Source: Adineta vaga (Eukaryota > Animalia > Rotifera). Taken from it: a DNA stretch of 64,000 bases. Below, piece after piece: positions 54,203 to 64,000 of this stretch. The stretch covers positions 6,510,001 to 6,574,000 of the forward strand of contig CP075495.1 of the NCBI GenBank assembly GCA_021613535.1. Reading direction: 5' to 3'. The position numbers were made by a program, and so were the translations under genes. How positions within the stretch are numbered: position 1 is the stretch's first letter; each line of letters starts with the position of its first letter. The notes beneath the pieces were generated by a model. The model did no database searches, was not told the DNA's origin, and was given only the letters and a program-made list of their open reading frames with translations.

Positions 54203-57200
54203 TCAAAATCGATTCGATTTCATAGCATCAATTGGTTTTCGATTATCATAAATGGATGGTGCTAAAAGAGAGATAGAATAATTAAAGATAAAAATTTACT
54301 TCTTCTTCTTTCGCTTTCGTTTTACCTTGTAAAATAATTCCACATGTACCAGCAACACAAGCTGTAGTAAAAATATAGAGAAAAAGGCGATCAATAACTA
54401 AAGCAACGTATTTCCATTCTTCTTTCACCTTAAAAGGAAAAATAAAAGAGAAAAAATTTGAAATAAATCACATTATTCTTCTTTAATTTCATACTTTTTT
54501 TTCTTCATCTTCTTGTCTCATATGTGTAGCAATACATTTTAATCCATCAAAAGCTTTCTTTATTTCATGTGGATAAAGTGATGGTTCATTCGAATGATGA
54601 TTATGTTTTAAATCATTATCATTTACTTCTAATCCATCGGAATCAACATCATAGTCATCTAATAAACGTGTTTTAGGTTTACGTAATTGATATGAACTTG
54701 AATGAAGTAATGGTACAACAAAACTTGCTGTTGCTGTTGTTAATGCTGCTGCTGCTGCGCGATGAGACGATTTCATATGTGATTGATTCACTGATGGCGT
54801 ATAATAATGTAATGGATCTATAGTTTTTGGTCGACGCATCCATAATAATTTTGGTAAAACATGTAGAAAAACACGTCGTACCCATGGTGGCATTTGATGT
54901 GTTAATGGCGAACGAAAATGTATATTAAGAACAACAACAGTAACAACAATAGATAATGTGACGAGAATCATTGTAAATAAAAGATATTTTCCAACTAATG
55001 GTACAACAAGAGATGTTGGTGGAATGAGTTCAGCTAATAGTAAAAAGAAGACAGTCAATGACAGTAATATTGAAATGCAAAGTGCCACTTTTTCACCCGA
55101 ATCAGATGGTAAATAAAATGTTAGAACAGTTAGAAATGATATTCCAACACATGGTATTATTAAATTTACAGTATAGAAAAGTGTCTTTCGCCGTATAATT
55201 ATTAAAAATGTTATATCAGGATATGTTTGAGGACAGCATGTATATTTACGAATATTTCGATTAGCTGGAACACCCATAATATCCCATTCAACCGAACGAT
55301 AAAAATCTGTTAAATCAATTGCATATGGTACACCTAGAATAAACATATTCACGATTGAAATTCTTCTATTAAACGAAATTTCATTTTTACTATTATTGCC
55401 ATAGACAGGTATTGAACCATTTGTTTGATTGATATGAACAAGATCAACTTGTTCACCTGAATATGTCCAAGAACCAAATTTCATTTGACAATGTTGAATA
55501 TCTATATAAAAAAACAAAAAAAACTATACAATTTCAGTCTTATTAGATTAAATGATAACATATAGCTTGGATTTCTATGTCAATAAGATAACATTTCCCT
55601 ATGATCTTCAACCAAATATTACATGTATAAAAAAAACAAGGAGAAATACTAACCGAAGGGAAAAAATTCCACATCGATCGTACAACTTGATTTGTAGATT
55701 GCTGGCGGCTAAAATAAGAAACAAAATAAATAAACAGAAGAATAACTTTTCTTTTACTTACCTCCCAAATCACTCGACCATCATAATAAACAGTAGCCTT
55801 TGTCATTAACGTTACTTCATAATTACCATCAGCACTACATAAAAGCAAAATTCAAAAAATAAGCATATTTTTGTGTTTTCTTTGTTGCAAGCGGTAAAAA
55901 CACACACAGTGCTTTCATCTCATGCATAGATTTAATATATGTATGTGTATATGTGGATGTGCAGTTAATTCGATGCAAATAGAAAGAAAAAGGAAACATA
56001 TCACCAACTTATTAAAAAGTACCATATCCGGTCGCCATAGTTCACTAGCCGGAATGGAGATGTTGGTTAAATTATAAAAATCCAATGGATTCCATTTTAA
56101 ATGTTCATCAATCCATAACTAAAATTGATTAGTTATTAGGTAACTTAACTCATTGTCTTGCCTTTTTCTTTTCTGACATGTATATTTATAGTACATATAT
56201 CATTATCATTATCTATTTTGTAAGTATAGTAACAGAGACTGTCTATTGACGTCAAGTCTGTTGACGGATGTCTGTGTGTTTTCAACGCTTGCATATCATT
56301 TGGATAATATATTCTTGTCAACAATGTTTATTCATAACTATCCGAAGCGTTGATAGAGAAAGAGCAACAAAGTCTCATCGAATGCATGTGTGTATATGTA
56401 GAAAAAGAAATTCGTCTTTCATCTCATATGCATATATACAGAGAGAAAGAGAAAAAGAGAGAGAGAGAGATAGCACCCGTCTACCTACTCTTGCAGAAAA
56501 ATCAAGGAAATGACGAGCAGCGAAATGAAAATAATGATCTAATATGTTTTGTAATATTCCTATGTCGACACCTCATTGCCATTAAGTCAATTATATTAAT
56601 GATGATACGAATGTGTATGTGTATGTGTATGTGAATATAAATGGATAATGTGATAGAAATCATAAAAAAAAGTAAATAAATAATAAATAAATGAACTTAT
56701 ATATATATCTGCTGTTGAAATGATGGTGTTTCAAATGAATGGAAAGAATATATAGTGCAACAATGAAGTGTAACAACATCCAGCCACAACAGAAAGAAAA
56801 TTACTTGTTATACAAAACAATGTCAGGAAGCCAGATTTGTTGGCTTGGAATGTAGAGTACGTCCACGCCTCCATATTTGGCTGGATCCCATCGAAGTTTA
56901 TCGTCGTACCACTCCTACTCATGCATGCACTCCTATTCGTATTTAATTTGTATGAATTCTCAAATTCGATTAATCGTGTAATCAAGATAACTCAATACTT
57001 GTTTTTTTCTTTTCTGCTTCTTCTTCTTCTAATCTTACCTGTTTCAACCAAACATTTGAAGTCATTATTTGATTCTTTTCATCCTTGAAAAAAAACAAAA
57101 CATATAAAGTTATGTTGTATCATATTAAAGATTTAGTCAATCGTTTTTTCTCTTCATACCACATCGAGTAATTGTGTTAATCGGAGACCCAAATAAACAG

Positions 57201-57420
57201 TTAGTTTTTCACTATTATTTTTTACTGGACGAATTAATTTATTGTAAGCACGAACTTTAATTAGTTCTTCATATAAACGTTTTGCTTCAGGATTAGCAAT
57301 CGTAACTATATGTATATATATTAATGAGCATGAAAACAATCAATTATAGTTTCAAAACTTACCACCAATGAAGCACCAATATAGATAAAATATCAATAAT
57401 ATGATAATACTTGAATCCAT
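54203..57420 (-). CDS. Nicotinic acetylcholine receptor alpha subunit (cation-selective) with mutually exclusive exons
   Basis: Signal peptide MDSSIIILL.., [19 protein letters not shown], Cys-loop, loop B FGSWTY, loop [11 protein letters not shown] (vicinal cysteines define an alpha subunit), M1-M3 with GEK, M4 [12 protein letters not shown]. Stop at 54203-54205. Confidence 0.95.
56009..56118 (-). CDS. nAChR alpha alternative exon B (110 nt): [36 protein letters not shown]
   Basis: AG at 56119-56120 and GT at 56007-56008. Same length and phase as exon A, open frame, homologous W..D..L.W.P...IP....W.PD.VL.N pattern. Confidence 0.85.
56805..56914 (-). CDS. nAChR alpha alternative exon A (110 nt): [36 protein letters not shown]
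   Basis: AG at 56915-56916 and GT at 56803-56804 (minus strand), phase 0 to phase 2. Canonical loop A WxPDIVLYN. Confidence 0.9.
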
Positions 57421-57881
57421 GCATTGAGCCGAGTTTCCTTATTTCATTTTATTTCATTAATATGATCTAATCATTGAGTAGAGAAAAAAACGAGAAGAAT
57501 CAAAGATTTTGATTAGATGGCTTTTTTTACCCATTCTTAGCATTCTCTCTCTCTCTTATATGTATGTGTAACGATATAGGATGAACAACACTATGAGGTC
57601 ATATCTTATCCTTCTCTGATTTCTAACTCTTCTGATAAGACGACATTGATAATGGTTGAGTACCACTGCCGGCATGCGTATGCTATATGAGTGAATAAAC
57701 ACATCACTTTGTTAATTTATACTCTTCGTTTTCCTTTGTATGTGCTTTTGTATACTATGTCAATTTAAGACAACATATGTTTTGACTTAGATCGCCTTCT
57801 TTCTCTATCACTGTTACAGTTCCTCAATTTGCTTTTCTTGACACTCCTTAGGACGATAAGAGAAGTCGCCCTCTTCTCCTC

Positions 57882-57882
<1 letters not shown>

Positions 57883-57912
<30 letters not shown>
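57883..57912. repeat. (CAT)n trinucleotide microsatellite
   Basis: catcatcatcaccatcat... run in the nAChR intergenic region. Confidence 0.8.
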
Positions 57913-59666
57913 TGTCATTATTTTGTCTCAACGGTAAAAACATACGCGTGGATAAACAAATCCATTGAATCTGTGTTTTCATGGAAGGAAAAGACGCTTA
58001 TCTATACATGAAAGCATTGGTGTCAAAAGAGAATATATGTATATGACTACACCAGTAAAGATATCTTCAACATTGCGCTAGTCAACTTCAAACAATGTTC
58101 TATGTGTACATAAAGAAAGCAATGCATGTCTTAACTAATGGAATAGTCAATATAGATAGATAAAAAAAAGCACTTGGTGTAAAAAAAACTAGGAAAGACA
58201 ACGAATAAAGACGGAATATGTTATTTTTTCATCGTTCTTTATTAGACTAAGAAGAAAAGAAAATACGCGAGAAACGATAAAAGACAAAAGAGATGACGCG
58301 TGCAAATTAGACAATTGCATATAATAATCTTGTTCGATGTTAATATAGATACATCTGCATGTGTATTGTCTAAAATAGAATCTTATTCAATATACACAAG
58401 AGAATATGAACAGTTGTCAAAAGAATATAAGGCTAATTATACTTTACTAAAAGAAACTCCGAATACAGATTCATACTATTACAGAAGCCAATTAGATTCA
58501 TGCTGTTACGACTAATGTTTGTCTTTGCCTATTAGTATCATTTGCTTATATGCACAAATTTTCTCGACTGAGTTGCCCTTTTTCTTACCAGAAATCTAAT
58601 GAGAAAACGGTAAGCGGAAGATTGACCGAAGTGAGTTGATATATATATTATATCAAATATTAGAAGATACTTTTATTTTGTATCAAAGAAAAAGAAAGTC
58701 TTGTATATACTTTCTTCTTCTTGTTGTTCTTTGCTTCTAACTATTTTCAATATAATTATGATTTGTATATATACTTTAGTGAAGTGAAAAATATCGTTGT
58801 AAAACACATACGTACATACTGATCGTGTATAACCATATTAGGATCGAGAGGAATGAATTTCGCTCGTTATTGAACGAGCCTATATATGCGTACATAATCA
58901 GAACCGATCAAATCAAAGCAGTCATCCTTATTTATACATATAGGATGTAGTTAAAAAACGAACTTGTCGTTTTTTTCAACGATGACTACCAATATGAATT
59001 AGATCATTCGCGTCTTTCTATCTCTCGTTACAAAGTAGAAGAAGAAGAAATTCTAGCAATTGAAAAGAAGAAACAGATGGTAATATAATGTGTTAAAGAT
59101 GAGAAACTCTTACCGTAACACAATGATTTCTCATTTTTTTTCTCTCTATTCTTTTTGCTGACTGATTTGTATATATGGATTCTATTTAACAAAAAAAATC
59201 AACCAGTACTATCAAATGGCCTCAGGATAAAACATTTAGATTTCTCCAGTTGCGGCATCTTCTCTTCTCTTCTCTTCTCTTCTTTCTCTCTCCCTCTCTT
59301 TCTCTCAATGTCTATGGAGAAATGGTAACAGCAGGAAAAGAAACAGGAATAAGAATAACACTGATGACATTATTTCGACTAGAGTCTCTTCTCTTCTTTT
59401 TTTTCTATGCTTGATTCTCTCTGTTCTTTTGTCTCTAACTAAACAAGGCTTCTTTTATTCAGTCGTCGTTTCTTTATTGCTTTTGTAAGTCTACGATTCA
59501 TCTACATTCAATTAGAACCTTGTCTAACAAACCTATATTTATTGTAAAAAAAAACCGAGGAGAAAAAAAATCTTGGCTACATTCAATCTTAATATAGAAA
59601 TCTTTAGACGTGCTATTGATAAGTATCGACTGTTGTTCGGCTCTATCCATCTAGTCGTTATGTCTT

Positions 59667-61783
59667 ATGTTGATGCCGTACTTATATTGGTTACTATTGA
59701 TTCTATTCAATATACTCCTATTCTGGATCAAAGACGGTAAAGATCTTATCTGTTTTTTTTTCAAAATCTTTCAACTAAACTTATCGATGAAAAACTTTTC
59801 ATTTTTAGTTCATAGTTCATATCATGAAGAACAATTATTTAAAGAATTATTTCAAAATTACAATCCATTGATTCGTCCTGTACGCAATGTGGAAGAAACC
59901 ATCACTGTATCATTTAGTATTGCTTTATTACAATTGATTAGTGTTGTTGAAAAAGAACAGGTTTTGAAAACTAACGTTTGGTTACAAGTTGTATGTATAT
60001 GAACAACAAAAACCGATATTCATGAAACAATGTATTATTTTTCGTTCGTTTTTTTTCAGAAATGGAAAGATTATCAAATGCAATGGAAACGAGAAAAATA
60101 TGGTGGAATTCAATCGATACGTGTTCCACCAAGTCAAGTTTGGACACCTGATGTAAATAAAACAAGAAATAGCAGTTTTCTTATCTTTAACAAAAAAATC
60201 TTTATTGATATTTAGGTCGTTTTATTTAATAATGCGGATGGTAAATATGAAGCATCATTTAAATCAAATGTTGTTATTTATTATAATGGTGATATGAATT
60301 GGGTACCACCCGCTATTTATAAATCAAGTTGTTATATCGATGTTAAATTTTTTCCATTTGGTAAATCATAAAATTGAAGAAGAATATATGAATGAATTTC
60401 ATTTTCGTCCTTCATTCTTTTGTTTAGATAAACAAACATGTGAATTACGTTTTGGTTCATGGACATATGATCAACAACAAATGAATTTTACTTATTATAC
60501 TGAAACTGAGAAGAATATTACGATTAAAGATTATGTTGTTAGTGGATCATGGGATTTACTTGAAGGTCCTATGTTTATACAACAATCATCATCATTACCA
60601 ATCGCAAATAATGAGAGTGATCCAAGTAGTTCATCAATAGCAGTAACAGATGCTCGTCTTAAAAAAGCCGATGGGCGAGATCGAGTTGAATTCGTGTGTC
60701 GACTTGTCATCAAACGTAAAACACTTTTTTATACAGTCAATTTAATTATACCAACGGTAAGTTTATATTAAAAGAGAAAATCAATACGAATCAATAAACT
60801 ATCTTCTAGGTGCTTATTTCATTTTTATCAGTCTTCGTTTTTTATCTACCAACTGATGCTGGTGAAAAAATGACATTATCCATTTCAATTTTACTTGCTT
60901 TAGTTGTGTTTTTATTACTTATATCAAAAATTCTACCACCAACATCAATTGTTATTCCATTAATAGCTAAATATCTTCTATTTACATTTATTATGAATAT
61001 AATAACAATATTTTTTACAGTTGTGATTATCAATTATAATTATCGTACTTCGCGTACACACAAAATGCCAAATTGGATCAAACGTCTTTGTATTGATATT
61101 TTACCACAAATTTTAAGAATGGAAAGACCAAAAAAATACGAAAAGGATGATAATATACATGTTACAGAAGCTGATCGTGCTAAACGTACTATGTTAAATT
61201 ATATGCAAGCATCACGTGCATTATCAATTGCATCACCAACAGCCATGAATAACGATAATGCTACTAATTCTAATGATAATAATACAACAAATCATTATGA
61301 TCAACCATTAGAATTAAAAAAACGTCATTCATCAAAAAAGAAACATCATCATTATCGACATTCTTCAAGACGACATCAACAATCTATGAATCAATCATCA
61401 ACAACAACCGATGATGAAGAACAACAATTAACAGCTGAAGAAGTCGATCTATTATTAACAAAAGAAGCCTTTGAAGCAGCAGAAGATTTAAGTTTTATTG
61501 CCAATCATATGCGAGCAGCTTGTCATTATGAAGAAGTAATAATAATAATTAAAACTAATCATGAAATTTATTCTACTGCTCTTTTCATTTTTAGATTCGT
61601 GATGATTGGAAATATATTGCATCTGTGATCGATCGATTACAATTATTTATCTTTTTTGCTGTTACTGCGATTGGTACATTAAAGATTTTGTTTAGTGCAC
61701 CGGAACTTCTAAAAGTAGTCGATCAATGTGCTATATTGAAAAAATGGGATCCAACATTTAACAATGCCACTTGTACGTTCTAG
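59667..61783 (+). CDS. Nicotinic acetylcholine receptor non-alpha (beta1-like) subunit
   Basis: Signal peptide, [28 protein letters not shown], Cys-loop [18 protein letters not shown], no vicinal cysteines in loop [35 protein letters not shown] (beta1/unc-29-type M2), and [15 protein letters not shown]. Stop at 61781-61783. Confidence 0.95.
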
Positions 61784-64000
61784 TGATTTAACGAAGAAAA
61801 CAAAAAGTGCTTACATGCTTATATTATGAATTGATTTCATTGACATATTTGTCTTTTTCTTTTGACAAATCTATTGATTGAATTCGTTTGATAATATAAG
61901 TAGTTAATAGACAAATTTTTATTTTGCCCACCAACTCTGTTAATTTGTTCTTTTTCGTTTTTTTTTGCTTCACTATTGTTGAATTATTTCTTTTCTTATA
62001 AACAAAGTAATGAATCTACATTGTTTATGTATAATGTGAATATTCGTAAGTCTTTTTATAATGAATTGACCGGTTGTTGTGGTTTTCTTCTGTATATTTA
62101 TTTCTCTACAAATGATTTCCTTCGAATCAAGTCAGTCGTTTCATTTTTTTGCCCTACTATTGTATTGTCTTCATTATTAACGCTCTCTCTCTCTCTCTCT
62201 CTGTTTCTCTTCAATCATGCAAATACTAAGATGCTTGCTAGGCGTTCTCTTAGTATATACACAAATATTAAGACGCGTGTGTTAAGAAGTCTTCCGCCAA
62301 GCGAGCGCCTTTTTCCTTCTTGGCTATCGTTGACATCGTTGTCGCCTTAATGATCAATATGTATGTACGTAAAAATGTGCGTGACAGACTGATGATGAGC
62401 TGTCTCGTATGCTGATTCGACTGATTGTCTGCCGACGAATAGACCGTAAAAGTTGTTTCAGATCATATCATAGAAAATACTCATTCTCTCGTGCATGGTT
62501 CAATACTATTGAATGTTTTGTTATATCAATTCAATTATGAGACATTGTGTTTTTGTTAATATTTAGATAAATTCTTACTATCATTGAATATAGAAGTATC
62601 GAGATAAATAAAGATTACTTTACATCCTGAGAAGAGTGAATAGACGAAGGAAAAGAAGCATTATTATGAGTATGTTATCGAGCAGAAAAAAATTACGTTG
62701 ATCCTTCGGTAAAAATACTATTTTTATCAATAAAAGACATGATGCTACTCATGCATTCTTAAACTCATGACGCTTGACTGTTATAAACAAAGAGTATAAC
62801 AATTACGATACTATAAAAAGCATACGTATGCATGTGATTTTGATTATACATGAATCGATAAATCACAATGAAATCAATCAAATAATGTCGAAAGATATCG
62901 ATAAAATATTAGAAAAAGATGTTATTTTTCGTCTAAATTGCTCAAACTTTCATATAACGATCTAGTAAGACAGTAATTATCCGATGCATCTGGTTTTACT
63001 TTAAATTATATATCAATTCAATAGATATGAATAAAATATGTCGAAGAATAGCCTTCAATGTAGAAAACAACATATAATCTTCCAGATTTGCATTGATGAG
63101 AAAAAAATTGCAGTAAACATTGAAATTTGACATCAAATATAAAAGATGTAATTTTTGCTTTAATGCAAAAAAAGCTTCTTCTATTAGAAACAGTAAATTG
63201 AGTTTTCTAATTGAATTATTTACTGTTTATTCTTTTGTACACTGAAACAACTTATTTTAATAGCACATGAAAGCATTCCGTATAATGAAATGATCAAGTA
63301 CATTGACAAATGAATCAGAAAAAAAATGATCGATTCTATAAAGTACTAAATTGATTCACACGATATAAATGCAGAAAAAAAATGTTCTTTAATGGACGAA
63401 AAAAACCCCTCCCGAATAATGTAATCTGAAACAATCAATTGCATACCACTAGTGACACATAATCAAAGACTTATTTTACTTTCAGATCACATCATAAAAA
63501 AGCATGTCTTTTCATTCTAATCTCTCGAGGAAAGATGACGATAAAATATATGTCGGTGTAATCCCGAGTTTTTTTTCCGGATTTAAATATGTCACAAAAT
63601 GTATTCAAACGTCATTGCAAGTAAAGAAAAGATGATAGTCTTATTGTTAGATTTCAGTATATGACAAACTGAAGACTAATTGAGTACATTCATAAAACTT
63701 CATCTTTCATTGTATTACTCTATAGATAACCTTCTCGAATACACTATCAGCAGAACTCAAGATGATAAAATTTTGAAGGAAATCTCTTATCTTGAATTGT
63801 ATGTACTATCGAACAATTGACTAAAGAAAAAAGGAAGACAGCTTGAAATTATTGTTATTATTTTTTTGTCAATTCTTTCCCTTGGTATCTATTTGTTACT
63901 CTTTTGATTATATTCTTTTTGCCAAATACGATTGTTGGAGAACTCACTTGATGACATCCTTGATTGAAGACGGCAAGTGTAAACTTGATTACATTTCATT

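Noticed and set aside
56731-57088. ORFs 56731-56985 (-) and 56837-57088 (+) as nested genes
   Set aside because: Off-frame or antisense readings of nAChR exon A.
61976-64000. ORFs 61976-62350 and 62774-62965 and a GC-richer patch near 62230-62450
   Set aside because: Non-ATG starts, no recognisable domain or splice pattern, and no convincing RNA structure; treated as UTR or intergenic.

Overview
Very AT-rich eukaryotic (animal) genomic DNA, gene-dense, with many ~50-70 nt GT-AG introns. This architecture and an intronless bacterial-type gene among metazoan genes suggest a bdelloid rotifer (inference, not proven). About 17 protein-coding genes can be reconstructed by manual splicing, in order: divergent alpha-tubulin (5' part only), CNOT3, WEE1, UPF2, an intronless bacterial-type SAM methyltransferase, a C3orf84/HDNR-family protein, a 17-PLAT LOXHD1, a polycystin-1-like protein, Fezf, a small single-pass membrane protein, PSMD14, IDH3B, a GT11 fucosyltransferase, a second small membrane ORF, a CELF/Bruno protein, and a head-to-head nicotinic acetylcholine receptor alpha/non-alpha pair. 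The best finding is in the nAChR alpha gene, which has two duplicated 110-nt exons that must be mutually exclusive. They switch the loop A ligand-binding Tyr to Phe and add glycosylation sequons, they are flanked by Rbfox-type TGCATG motifs, and the ORF track misses both. No CRISPR array, rRNA, tRNA or intact transposon was recognised. Multi-exon CDS coordinates are genomic spans.
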